Assembly: GCF_044704955.1 (NCBI RefSeq)
Contig: NC_091988.1
Location: forward strand, 145,576,001-145,640,000
Length of the DNA stretch: 64,000 bases
Source: Pristiophorus japonicus
Taxonomy: Eukaryota
Direction: 5' to 3'
Shown: positions 38,213 through 50,812 of the stretch, one piece after another
Layout of the letters: every line of letters starts with the position of its first letter
How positions within the stretch are numbered: position 1 is the first letter of the stretch
Position numbers and translations under genes: made by a program
Notes under the pieces: model-generated
Told to the model about the DNA's origin: nothing
The model's database searches: none
What the model saw: only the letters and a program-made list of their open reading frames with translations

Positions 38213-40685
38213 GGACCCAAGAGTTGCCCCATTTTTTTTTTGGAGTAACTTAAAAATCGCAAATTTTCCCATTTAACTTGCTCCAATGTAAGTCAGTTTG
38301 TTAGGTTTTTTTCTGGTTTAGTTTGTTCTCTCCAAAAGGGGGCATGACAAGCCACTAACACCTCTTCTGGCCATAGAAGCAAATTCGGTCAGCTGAAAGT
38401 TACTCCAAACTAACATAGGCCAGTGTATATGTGTATATGGCCACTTTTGTAGACACAGAAAAACCTTACATACATTTCAGAGATCAGCCCAGGTAGCCAG
38501 AGATAGGTTTGTTGTGGGGGGGGGGGGGGAAGGTGAGTTAGAGGGTTCCAAAGCACTAAAGACCTTCACAACATTACAACATCTTCAGCACAACATCATC
38601 ACAAATAAATTAAAGATAAATCAGCTACAGAAAATAGAGCAGTCCTACCTTGCCGACTGCAGAATGCACTGGCTAGCTCTCCTGCCAGGGCTAGGGACGC
38701 AGGCACGCATGATTGTAGGGGTGAGGGATTTTTACTTTTTACAGTTGACTCTAAATGTTGGGTGGTCCTAATGGAGGATGATTCAGTTTTGATGCAAAAT
38801 ATCTTTTATTGTAAATTTTACAGTGCAATTCAACGATACCAACAACAGCCACAACAGGAAAGAAAGTCTGCACCCACCCATCCCTCACCCACATCTTGGG
38901 GAAAGTGCACTTCCTTATAGGGTTGGTGATGGTGGTGGTGGTGGTGGGGTTGGGGGCCAGGCTTGAGTGATTGGTGGCTAGTGCGTGGAGTGAAGTGGGG
39001 GTGGCATTTGAGTCTCCGGCCTTTGTGCCCTTAATTGCAGATGCCAGCTCCCTCATGACATCTGCCATTGTCTGCACACCCTCTGAAATGCCCGCCCTGA
39101 CTTCACGTCTTAGTGCAGAGATTTCACCCGATAGTGTCGCGACCTCATCACGCACCCCACTGACGGCCGCCACGAGTGATCTTGAGAGCATTGGTCTCCT
39201 CACCCAATGAAACAACCTGATTAACCTCTGCTGAGGGCTGCCTCTCTGGTTGGCTTTTCCTTCCCCTCGCCGTGGGTCTGCCTGGTGGCACCCCTCCAGT
39301 GCGAGGCGCAGGCTGGGACGGTGGGGGACTGGGAGTCCCAAGATGCATTTTCCGACCGCCAATCGGAGCCGCGACCTCTGAAGGTGTGAACCCATGGAGG
39401 GTTCTGGCAGTGTGATGCCTTGTGATATGTCGTGATCCATATCGCGGTCATCATTCTCCTGAGCACACATTTCCATGGACCCCTCCTCCCCCCACCCGCC
39501 TTGGTCTGGAGCGCACACATCTGGATCCTCAAGAGAAATGTCGTCTTCTGCAAAAAACAACACAACAGTCAAATGGTTAGCACAGGAGGGCAGGATGGGT
39601 GGCATGAGTAGTCTCACGCGTAGCAGGCCAGTCAGCAGGTTGATTTGAAGGGCCACTATGCATTTTAATGACTCACCCTCGTGTGTGGATCCAGCTTATG
39701 CAGAGCTGATTCTTTTTCTGCCGGTGCGAGTCAGCACGGCAGCAACCCTCTGTTCCAGGGGTGTCAGTTGGTGCAGATTTGGCGGACCTCCTCCTGTTCT
39801 AGTTCTCTCTCTCTTGTGGGCCAATTTCTTCTGCAAAGATGAAAATATTAATTGTCAGACACGGCACGCTTCTGATGGGTGGGACACATACAAGTGCTCA
39901 CATTTTCGACTGCAACTCAATTTAAAGATGAAGATATTACTTACACTCACTACTTGACCAACGTCCTGCCATTTCTTCTTGCACTGGCTTCCAGATCTTG
40001 CGGTGTTGATCCCAGCAGAGAATTCTTCTGCAACTAGGTTACATCTTTTTCTCATTTCCATGGGTGAGACCTTTGACGCACTACTCTTGCTGCTAATCTA
40101 GCTCCAGACATTTCTCAATTACAGTCACTAATTTCTCCACTTCCTCATGGAGGAAATTCTTCGTTCGTCTTGCACGCTCTTGCGCCATTCGTCTATTGGA
40201 CTCAAACGCAGGTAATGTTCAAAGATCACACTTGCACCTCTCTTGCACCTATCCAGCACTCCTTTCCACTCCCTCAGCCACACACAAATCAATATTCAGA
40301 CCTCACCTTTATACATGCTCCATAACCAATTATTCTGAGGATGCTCTCCCTTTAATTGGCCGATTGGCAAGCTTCCTGTTGCACTGTGCATGCGCGCAAA
40401 CTGAACCGCTCATTGCACATGCGCGCACGCTCAAACGGTCACGCGTGCCCCTGCCGGCATCACACAACACGCTGGGCCCAATCCCCGCCCCCCCGGCAGC
40501 CGCGTTGAGCAAGCGCGGCAGAAGCTCCGACCCCACCAGGCTCTGCTGCGCGATGTCGATGGATACGGACGACGAGGGAGCGGCCAAATTCAAAGAGATT
40601 TTTGCCGCTTTTTTTCCCCCCCCCCAGGAAGTTGGCGCACCACATCGAAATGCGCTGCTCTAAGCGGCTGGGGAAATTTGGGGCT
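38213..40685 (-). mobile_element. PIF/Harbinger-type element (~2.47 kb) carrying a decayed Myb/SANT-like gene and no transposase
   Basis: TSD TAT at 38210-38212 and 40686-40688; removing the element restores L2 ccctccc-tat-ctctgtaatct. Termini GGACCCAA.. / GGGAAATTTGGGGCT are related to the other family copies. Confidence 0.85.
38850..40188 (-). pseudogene. Spliced Myb/SANT-like (NAIF1/MSANTD-type) Harbinger ORF, disabled
   Basis: Exon A 40188-~39945: MAQERARRTKNFLHEEVEKLVTVIE, frameshift, KRCNLVAEEFSAGINTARSGSQCKKKWQDVGQVVS, gt donor. Exon B 39830-39677: KKLAHKRERTRTGGGPPNLHQLTPLEQRVAAVL, with an in-frame TAA. Exon C from 39547: acidic region, then a coiled-coil-like VSGVRDEVATLSGEISALRREVR. 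Confidence 0.8.
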
Positions 40686-40720
40686 TATCTCTGTAATCTG
40701 CTCCAGCCCTAAAACCCTTT

Positions 40721-43532
40721 ACATAGAAACATAGAAAATAGGTGCAGGAGTAGGCCATTCGGCCCTTCGAGCCTGCACCACCGTTCAATAAGATCATGGC
40801 TGATCATTCACCTCAGTACCCCTTTCCTGCTTTCTCTCCATACCCCTTAATCCCTTTAGCTGTAAGGGCCACATCGAACTCCCTCTTTAATATATCCAAT
40901 GAACTGGCATCAACAACTCTCTGCGCTAGGGAACTCCACAGGTTAACAACTCTGAGTGAAGAAGTTTCTCCTCATCTCAGTCCTAAATGGCTTACCCCTT
41001 ATCCTTAGACTGTGTCCCTTGGTTCTGGACTTCCCCAATATCAGGAACATTCTTCCTGCATCTAACCTGTCCAGTCCTGTCAGAATTTTATATGCTTCTG
41101 AGATCCCGTCTCATCCTTCTAAACTCCAGTGAATAAAGGTCCTGTCGCTCCAGTCTCTCCTCATGTCAGTCCAGCAATCCCGGGAATCAGTCTGGTGAAC
41201 CTTTGCTGCACTCCCTCAATAGCAAGAACGTCCTTCCTCAGATTAGGAGACCAAAACTGAACACAATATTCCAGGTGAGGCCTCACCAAGGCCCTGTACA
41301 ACTGCAGTAAGACCTCCCTGCTCCTATACTCAAAACCCCTAGCTATGAAGGCCAACATACCATTTGCTGCCTTCACCGCCTGCTGTACCTGCATGCCAAC
41401 TTTCAATGACTGATGTACAATGACACCTAGGTCTCGTTGCACCTCCCCTTTTCCTAATCTGCCGCCATTCAGATAATATTCTGCCTTTGGTGGCATAAAC
41501 ACGAAGTGGATAACCTCACATTTATCCACATTATACTGCATCTGCCATGCATTTGCCCACTCACTTAACCTGTCCAAGTCACCCTGCAGCCTCTTGGTGT
41601 CCTCCTCAGCTCACACCGTCACCCAGTTTAGTGTCATCTGCAAACTTGGAGATATTACACTCAATTCCTTCATCCAAATCATTAATGTATATTGTAAATA
41701 GCGGGTCCCAGCACTGAGCCCTGCGGCACCCCACTAGTCACTGCCTGCCATTCTGAAAAGGACCCGTTTATTCTGAAAAGGACCCGTTTATCCCGACTCT
41801 CTGCTTCCTGTCTGCCAACTAGTTCTCTATCCACATCAGTACATTACCCCCAATACCATGTGCTTTAATTTTGCATACCAATCTCTTGTGTGGGACCTTG
41901 TCAAAATACACCACATCCACTGGTTCTCCCTTGTCCACTCTACCAGTTACATCCTCACAAAATTCCAGAAGATTTGTCGAGCATGATTTCCCTTTCGTAA
42001 ATCCATGTTGACTTGGACCGATTCTGTCACTGCTTTCCAAATGTGCTGCTATTTCATCTTTAATAATTGATTCCAACATTTTCCCCACTACAGATGTCAG
42101 GCTAACCGGTCTATAATTACCTGTTTTCTCTCCCTCCTTTTTTTGAAAAAGTGGTGTTACATTAGCTACCCTCCAGTCCATAGGAACTGATCCAGAGTCG
42201 ATAGACTGTTGGAAAATGATCACCACTATTTCTAGGGCCACTTCCTTAAGTACTCTGGGATGCAGACTATCAGACCCCGGAGATTTATCGGCCTTCAATC
42301 CTATCAATTTCCCTAACACAATTTCCCACCTAATAAGGATATCCTTCAGTTCCTCCTTCTCACTAGACCCTCGGGCCTCTAGTACTTCCTGAAGGTTATT
42401 TGTGTCTTCCTTCGTGAAGACAGAACTAAAGTATTTGTTCAACTGGTCTGTCATTTCTTTGTTCTCTATTATAAATTCACCTGAATCTGACTGCAAGGGA
42501 CCTACATTTGTCTTCACTAATCTTTTTCTCTTCACATATCTATAGAAGCTTTTGCAGTCAGTTTTTATGTTCCCAGCAAACTTCCTCTCATACTCTCTCT
42601 TCCCCTCCTAATTAAACCCTTTGTCCTCCTCTGCTGAATTCTAAATTTCTCCCAGTCCTCAGGTTTGCTGCTTTTTCTAGCCAATTTATATGCCTCTTCC
42701 TTGGATTTAACACTATCCTTAATTTCCCTTGTTAGCCACGGGTGAGTCACCTTCCCCGTTTTATTTTTACTCCAGGCAGGGATGTACAATTGTTGAAGTT
42801 CATCCGTGTGATCTTTAAATGTTTACCATTGCCTATCCACCGTCAACCCTTTAAGTATCATTTGCTAGTCTATTCTAGCCAATTCACGTCTCATGCCATC
42901 GAAGTTACCTTTCCTTAAGTTCAGGACTCTAGTCTCTGAATTAACTGTGTCACTCTCCATCTTAATAAAGAATTCTACCATATTATGGTCACTCTTCCCC
43001 AAGGGGCCTTGCACAACAAGATTGCTAATTAGTCCTTTCTCATTACACATCACCCAGTCTAGGATGGCCAGTCCTCTAGTTGGTTCCTCGACATATTGGT
43101 CCAGAAAACCATCCCTAGTACACTGCAGAAAATCCTCCTCCACCATATTGCTACCAGTTTGGTTAGCTCCGTCTATATGTAGATTAAAGTCGCCCATGAT
43201 AACTGCTGTACCTTTATTGCGTGCATCACTAATTTCTTGTTTGATGCTGTCCCCAACCTCACTACTACTGTTTGGTGGTCTGTACACAACTCCCACGAAC
43301 ATTTTCTGCTCTTTGGTATTCTGCAGTTCCATACAGATTCCACATCATCCAAGCTAATGTCCTTCCTTACTATTACATTAATTTCCTCTTTAACCAGCAA
43401 TGCTATCCCACCTCCTTTTCCTTTCTGTCTATCCTTCCTGAATGTTGAATACCCCTGGATATGGAGTTCCCAGCCATGTCTCCGTGATGCCAATTATATC
43501 ATATTCATTAATTGCTGCTTGTGCAGTTAATT
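40721..43532 (-). mobile_element. CR1 LINE, near-complete ORF2 (APE + RT), frameshifted
   Basis: ORFs 42865-43332 (VVYRPP, MGDFN, SDHNMVEF), 41819-42535 and 41161-41577. Tail at 40721. Confidence 0.95.
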
Positions 43533-43670
43533 TATATCTCTGCGCTCCTCCATTTCTGACCTATTGAGCATCCCCGATTTTATTCACCCCACCATTGGTG
43601 GCCGTGCCTTGAGCTGCCAAGGCCCTAAGCTCTGGAACTCTCTCGTCCTGAAACTCTCCGCCTCTCTACC

Positions 43671-46600
43671 TAAAATAATAAAGGGAGGGAAGATAGATTA
43701 TGAAAGTAAATTAGCATGAAATAACAGATAGTAAGAGTTTCTACAGGTGCATAAAAAGGAAAAAGTGGCTAAAGTAAATGTTCATCCCCTCGAGGATGAG
43801 ACTGGGGAATTAATAAAGGGAAACAGGGAAATGGCAGAGACTTTGAACAAATATTTTGTATCGGTCTTCACGGTTGAAGACACTAAAAACATCCCAATAG
43901 TGGATAATCAAAGCTATAGGGAGGGAGGAATTTAATACAATCACGATCATTGAAGAAGTAGTACTCAGTAAAATAATGGGACTAAAGGCGGACAAGTCCC
44001 CTGGATCTGATGGCTTGTATCCTAGGGTCCTAAAAGAAGTGGCTGCAGAGGTCCCAGCGGATTGGAAAACCACAAATGTAATGCCCCTATTTGAAATAGG
44101 AGGCAGACAGAAAGCAGGAAACGAATGACCGGTTAGCTTAACATCTGTCGTTGGGAAAATGCTGGAGTCCATTATTAAGGAAGCAGTAGCAGGACACTTG
44201 GAAAAGCATAATTCAATCAAGCAGAGTCATTATGTTTTTATGAAGGGGAAATCGTGTTTGACAAATTTGCTGTAGTTCTTTGAGGATGTAACGAGTAGAG
44301 TGGATAAGGAGGAACTAGTGGATGTGGTGCATTTGGATTTCCAGAAGGCATTCGATAAGGTGCCACATAAAAGGTTACGGGGTTGGGGGTAATATATTAG
44401 CATGGATAGAGGATTGGCTAACTAACAGTAAACAGAGTCAGGATAAATGGGTCATTTTCCAGTTGGCAAACAGTAACTAGTGCGGTGCCACAGGGATTGG
44501 TGCTGGGACCTTAACTATTTACAATCTATATTAATGACTTGGATGAAGGGACCAAGTGTAATGTAGCCAAGTTTGCTGCTGATACATAGATGGGTGGGAA
44601 AGCAAATTGTAAAGAAGACACAAAAAATCTGCAAAGGGATATAGACAGGCTAAGTGAGTGTACTCCATCTGCCAATTTTTTGCCCAATGTGGGAAAATGT
44701 GAGGTTATCCACTTTGGCAGAACAAATAGAAAAGCAAATTATAATTTAAATGGAGAAAAATTGCAAAGTGCTGCAGTACAGAGGGACCTGGGGGGGTCCT
44801 TGTGCATGAAACACAAAAAGTGAGTATGCAGGTACAGCAAGTAATCAAGAAAACAAATGGAATGTTGGCCTTTATTACAAGGGGGGGGGGGGGGGGTAAG
44901 AGTATAAAAGCAGAGATCCTGCTACAACTGTACAGGGTATTGGTGAGGTCACACCTGGCGTACTGCGTACAGTTTTGGTCTCTGTATTTAAGGAGGGATA
45001 TACTTTCATTTGGACACTGTTCAGAGAAGGTTCACTAGGTTGATTCCGGAGATGAAAGGGTTGACTTATGAGGATCGGTTCAGTAGGTTGGGCCTATACA
45101 CATTGGTGTTCAAAAGAATGAGAGGTGACCTTATTGAAACATATAAGATAATGAGAGTGCTGGACAAAGAGAGGATATTTCCACTCATGGGGAAAACTAA
45201 AACTAGGGGACATAGTCTCAGAATAAGGGGTTGCCCTTTTAAAACTGAGATGAGAAGGAATTTCTTCTGAGGGTTGTAAATGTGTGGAAGCAGTGACAGA
45301 ATCGGTCCAAGTCAGCATGGATTTATGAAAGGGAAATCATGCTTGACAAATCTTCGAGAATTTTTTGAGGATGTAACTAGTAGAATGGACAAGGGAGAAC
45401 CAGTGGATGTGGTGTATTTGGATTTTGAAAAAGCTTTTGACAAGGTCCCACATAAGAGATTAATGTGCAAAATTAAAGCACATGGTATTGGGGGCAATGT
45501 ATTGACATGGATAGAGAACTTGTTGGCAGACAGGACGTAGAGAGTAGGGATAAACTGGTCCTGCTTAGAATGGCAGGCAGTGATTATGCAGTGAATGGGG
45601 GCTCAGTGCTGGGACCCCAGCTATTTACAATATACATCAATGATTTAGACGAAGGAATTGAATGTAATATCTCCAAGTTTGCAGATGACACTAAACTGGT
45701 TGGCGGTGTGAACTGTGAGGAGGATGCTAAGGCTGCAGGGTGATTTGGACAGGTTAGGTGAGTGAGTGAGCAAATGCATGGCAGATGCGGTATAATGTGG
45801 ATAAATGTGAGGTTATCCACTTTGGTGGCAAAAACAGGAAGGCAGAATATTATCTGAATGGCGGCAGATTAGGAAAAGGGGAGGTGCAGCGAGACCTGCG
45901 TGTCATGGTACATCAGTCATTAAAAGTTGGCATGCAGGTACAGCAGGCGGTGAAGAAGGCAAATGGCATGTTGGCCTTTATAGTTAGGGGATTTGAGTAT
46001 AGGAACAGGGAGGTATTAATGCAGTTGTACAGGGCCTTGGTGAGGCCTCACCTGGAATATTGTGTTCAGTTTTGGTCTCCTAATCTGAGGAAGGACGTTC
46101 TTGCTATTGAGAGAGTGCAGCGAAGGTTCACCAGACTGTTTCCCGGGCTGGCAGGACTGACATATGAGGAGAGACTAGGCCTGTATTCAGTGGAGTTTAG
46201 AAGAATGAGAGGGGATCTCATAGAAACATATAAAATTCTGACGGGACTGGACAGGTTAGATGCAGGAAGAATGTTCCTGATGTTGGGAAAGTCCAGAACC
46301 AGGGGTCACAGTCTAAGGATAAGGGTAGGCCATTTAGGACCGAGATGAGGAGAAATTTCTTCACTCAGAGTTGTTAACCTATGGAATTCTCTACCGCAGA
46401 GAGTTGTTGATGCCAGTTCATTAGATATATTCAAGAGGGAGTTAGATATGGCCCTGATGGCTAAAGAGATCAAGGGGTATGGAGAGAAAACAGGAAAGGG
46501 GTACTGAGGTTGAATGATCAGCCATGATCTTATTGAATGGTGGTGCAGGCTCGAAGGGCTGAATGGCCTACTCCTGCACCTATTTTCTATGTTTCTATGA

Positions 46601-46812
46601 ATTCCCTGCCCCAGAGAGCTGTGGAGGCTGGATCATTGCATATATTTAAGGCGGAGATAGACAGATTTTTGAGCGATAAGGGAATAATGGGTTATGGGGA
46701 GCGGGCAGGGAAGTGGAGCTGAGTCCATGATCAGATCAGGCATGATCTTATTAAATGGCGGAGCAGGCTCTTGGGATCAAATGGCCTACTCCTGCTATTT
46801 CTTCTGTTCTTA
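43671..46812 (+). mobile_element. Older CR1 LINE interrupted by a younger CR1 at ~45285-46598
   Basis: RT fragments 43747-45270. Host reads ...gttgtaaatgtgtggaa|[insert]|aattccctgccccagagagct. Confidence 0.88.
45285..46598 (+). mobile_element. CR1 LINE 3' half nested in a CR1
   Basis: ORFs 45280-45540 and 45785-46348 (RT) and a ttctatgt tail. Confidence 0.92.
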
Positions 46813-47105
46813 CCTCTCTTCTTTTAAGATGCTCCTTAAAACCTAATTCTTAATCTGCCCTACTATCTCCTTATGTTGCTCCGTGTCAAATTCTCTTTGA
46901 TAACCCTCCTGTGAATCGCCTTGGGATGTTTTACTACATTAAAAACACTATATAAATATAAGTTGTTGTTTGGTTTCGAGGCCTACTTTTGGATAAACTT
47001 CATAGTGATGGTCACATGAAAAGCTGGATCTCGGTTTGCAGTAATGTAATCTTTTCTTCCAACAAATTTCTAAAGCTGAAACCCTCAAGTATAACTGTGA
47101 TTTGT

Positions 47106-47812
47106 ACATAAGAACAAAGGAATTAGCAGTAGGCCACACTGCCCCTCGAGCCTGCTCCGCCATACAATAAGATCATGGCTGGTCATCGTCTTCAACACAT
47201 TCCTGCCTGATCTCGAGTCCAATAATCTATCTATCTCAGCCTTGAATATACTGAAGACTCAGCATCCACAGCCCTCTGGGGCAAAGAATTCCAAAGATTC
47301 ACTACCCTCTGAGTGAAGAAATCCCTCCTCATCGGTCTTAAATGGCCTACCCCTTATCCTGAGACTGTGCCCCCTAGTTCTAGACACTCCATCCAGAGGA
47401 AATAATCTCTCAGCATCTACCCTGTCAATCCCCTTCAGAATCCTGTATGTTTCAATGAGATCACCTCTCATTCTTCTAAACTCCAGAGTATAGACCCATT
47501 CTATGCAATCTCTCATCATAGGACAGTTCTTTCATCCTAGGAATCAATCTAGTGAACCTTTGTTGCTCTGCCTCCAAGGCAAGTATATCCTTCCTTTAGA
47601 TAAGGAGACTAAAACTGTGCACAGTACTCCAGGTATAGTCTCACCAAGGCCCTGTACAATTGTAACAAGACTTCCTTACTCTTAAACTCCAACTCCCTTG
47701 CAATAAAGGCCAACATGTGATTTGCCTTCCTTTTATTGCTTGCTGTACCTGCTTGCTATTTTTCTGTGTTTCTTGCACAAGGACACCCAGATCCCTCTGA
47801 ACACCAACATCT
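47106..47812 (-). mobile_element. CR1 3' fragment ending ~70 bp before the last RNF114 acceptor
   Basis: ORF 47259-47519: FRRMRGDLIETYRIL...RTRGHSLRIRGRPFKT. Confidence 0.88.
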
Positions 47813-47884
47813 CAACTACAATCTGTACTATCAAGTTGCTCTGCAAATGATTATGCATAAGTGCGCACTATTTTTATTTTACAG

Positions 47885-47962
47885 GATTATAATGTGGATG
47901 AGGATGAAATGCTGCAGGAAGCCATTGAACTTTCTCTGCAGGACCGAAGTATGAGATTCTAA
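47885..47962 (+). CDS. RNF114: RNF114 exon 6 (UIM) with stop codon
   Basis: Acceptor ttttacag|. DYNVDEDEMLQEAIELSLQDRSMRF*. The six exons total 684 nt = 227 aa + stop. Confidence 0.93.
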   Translation, partial: DYNVDEDEMLQEAIELSLQDRSMRF

Positions 47963-48382
47963 GTTAAGTACCAGCTTTTCTGGCAAACCGCAACACCTGA
48001 AGCTCCATTCTATGATTACTGCTACTGTAGCGGTTTTATATGTGTATAAATCTATCCTGTGCACTTTTAATGATTCTTTAGTTATAATACTTGTAATGGT
48101 GATGAAAGAAAAAGAGAGTTGTGCTTGTACTATCATAAATCTGCCATCATCATCAATATGGTACTCTAGGATGCAGTTGGGTTATATAAGTGTAAGGCAA
48201 TCTAAAATCATAATTGAGGTTGTATTTTATCAAATAGGATATCTTAAGTCTGAGGATTATAATAGCACTTTAATCATCATGTTTATTAATGGATATATTT
48301 GCCTTTTGATTAAAGTCCAGTTATACTGCCATGTAATGTAAGTTGTGTTTACTGCTAGCTATTTCGAGCTTTTGGAAAGACT

Positions 48383-49283
48383 AATAAAACATTAGTTGGA
48401 TTTCAGGTACATTGTGATTTGGCTATTGCTTTTCCATTGCTGTTAACAAAATCATATTCTTACTGTTCACATGTTTAAAAGCTGCATGTTACCATGGTGT
48501 CATTAGCATTTTTTTAAACTTCATAAAACATGCTTTTCTTCATTAATGGCAATCAGCCTCCTAATGGTAACAAACTCTAAACTAGTGTGTTTATCATTTT
48601 GTACTAAGCACTACCATAGAAAAAACTGCCACAAGTACCAGTTCCTGTCCATTATTGTCTATAACAGCATTTATCTCAATATTTGTAACACCATTTTCAG
48701 AATGTCAGGTATAGATAGTAGAGCTATCAACATTGGGTAATGCTAAGAGTGACATTTATGACCAGTAAGAATAACACACATTGTAAACCCATTTAAACTA
48801 ATGAAGCTGTGTATACTTTATAGGGTGGTATACATCCAAATAAACAAAATTTAGTTACTCCCTCCAAAAGAGTGACATTCGGCAGGTCTAAAGAGGTAGT
48901 TGCATTGTGCTCTGAAGATTGCTTTAAAAAATTAGCTAGGCTCAGCAAAAAAAATGATCGATTTGATGGAGAAGCAGTTACAAGAATGTAATCTACTTGT
49001 CAGCTTTCCTGCTTGTATATAGAAATTGAGATTGCCTTTAGGGTTGCTAATTCTGGTTGGATGTATTCCAGGAGGTTACTTCATGTGACCCGCTGCCCCC
49101 AAACACCCCACCTCCACGTTCCCACTATTGCTCGCCTGACACATCCACCTTTGCAGCGCACCACCTTCCCATTACTGTTGGAAAGTAAACAGACTCTTCC
49201 TTGGTTACCCAATTGAATGATTCGTGACTGTTGGGCAAACAGCCTTTATTCCCATCTCCAATATAGTTATAACTAATAATAAA
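48383..49283 (+). terminator. RNF114: Candidate RNF114 polyadenylation signals
   Basis: AATAAA at 48383, 48839 and 49278 in the AT-rich 3' UTR. Which one is used cannot be determined from sequence. Confidence 0.4.
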
Positions 49284-49422
49284 CAAAAGTGTTCAAAGTA
49301 ATAGAAAGCAAACACTTTTTAGTGCCCTTATGATTTTTCTCCTGGGTTGCTCGCAGCAGTGTCCAGGAGATTCATCTCTAATTCCCAGAGACTAAAGGTC
49401 AATCCTATGGGTGGCAACCTGA
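49039..49422. mobile_element. hAT-like MITE
   Basis: Termini TAGGGTTGCTAA / GGTGGCAACCTGA. Flanking 8-mers attgcctt and ctcgcctt match at 6 of 8 positions. Confidence 0.55.
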
Positions 49423-50220
49423 CTCGCCTTTCATAGACTTTGCCTTCAGAGGCATCCTCTACACACTGATGGAGTGAGCCCATGACCTAAACAAACAGAT
49501 TAATATGACTGTGACTCCAGAAAGAAAACTGATTTTCTTGGACTGCAAAACAAAAATCCTAAATTCTTTTTCTCACAGTTGAAAAGCTTGTCAACATGAT
49601 TTAATGGCCATCTGTAACATATCCTCCATTTCTTCATGGTAGTTGTGATTTATTTATAAATCTTAAAAATTTGTGTCTGCTCCAGATATCTACTCAGACT
49701 CAGTGGTGTCAGCCACTCCCTTAAGTTGTCTGTTTCTTGTGGAAGTTGATTCCTGCTTTATATTTACTAGTACTGTAGTGGGACCTGGGAGTATTGTGGG
49801 CATGATTTCCAACGGCAGACATAGTAAACACAAGGTGACACAACATTCGCTTTATTCCACAGTAGGCAAAACGTACATCGCACTGAATTATAATGAGAGA
49901 CACTTGGTACAATCAGTGCAACTTTTGTTTGTGTACTATTACATAAAAACATAAGAAATAGGAGCAGGAGTAGGCCATTTGGCCCCTCATGCCTGCTCCG
50001 CCATTCAATAAGATCATGGCTGATCTGATTACAAAAATAAAGAACACTCCAGCACTTGCCCAGTTTACTCAATATAAAAGATAAATCTCTCTTTGCATCC
50101 TATCCTCTAACCAGCTGATGTGCAATTTTTTGATGGCTGACACCGCAGAGAGCACATTTTCAGGCGTGATACATTTGAAAGGCATGCTGTGATTTACATA
50201 CTAGATGCAAAACTTTGTGT

Positions 50221-50812
50221 TATCATCATCGTAGGCAGTCTCTCGGAGTCAAGGATGACTTGCTTCCACTCTAAGAGTGAGTTCTCAGGCGACTGACGAA
50301 TCCAATGCAGGGCCTACAGTCTTTGTCACAGATGGGGCAGACAGTGTTGAAGGAAAGGGTGGTTGGGGAGCCTAGGTTGACGCACGCTCCTTCCGCTGTC
50401 GAGGCTTGTTTTCTGCTTGTTCTCAGCAATGAAACTCGAGGTGCTCAGCACCCTCCCGGATGCTCTTCCATTTTGGGCAGTCTTGGGCTAGGGATTCCCA
50501 GGAGTCGATGGGGACATTGTACTTTGTCAAGGAGGCTTTGATGGTGTCTTGAAGCATTTCCTCTGCCCACCTAGGCCTCACTTGCCGTGTTGAAGCTCTG
50601 CGTAGAGCGCTTGCTTTGGGAGTCTCATGTCGGGCATGTGAACGATGTGGCCTGCCCAACGGAGCTGATCAAGCGTTGTCAATGCTTCGATGCTGGGGAT
50701 TGGCCTGAGTGAGAACACTGATGTTGGTGCGTCTGTCCTACCAATGGATTTGCAGGATCTTGCGGAGGCAGTGTTGGTGGTACTTCTCCAGTGCTTTGAG
50801 GTGTCTGCTGTG
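50221..50812 (-). mobile_element. RTE-clade LINE 3' fragment
   Basis: Minus-strand KASLTKYNVPIDSWESLAQDCPKWKSIREGAEHLE is typical of an RTE ORF C-terminus. (GAT)n tail. Confidence 0.8.

Larger units (their letters stand above)
37670..46970 (+). mobile_element. L2-type LINE split into 37670-38212, 40686-40720, 43533-43670 and 46813-46970 by later insertions
   Basis: The pieces are colinear when joined and homologous to the L2 copy at 18960-19245 / 23674-23936. Confidence 0.75.

Noticed and set aside
38751-39656. 301-aa ORF as a stand-alone novel gene
   Set aside because: It starts in an intron of the decayed Harbinger Myb/SANT gene and appears to cross frameshifts. It lies inside a TSD-bounded transposon.
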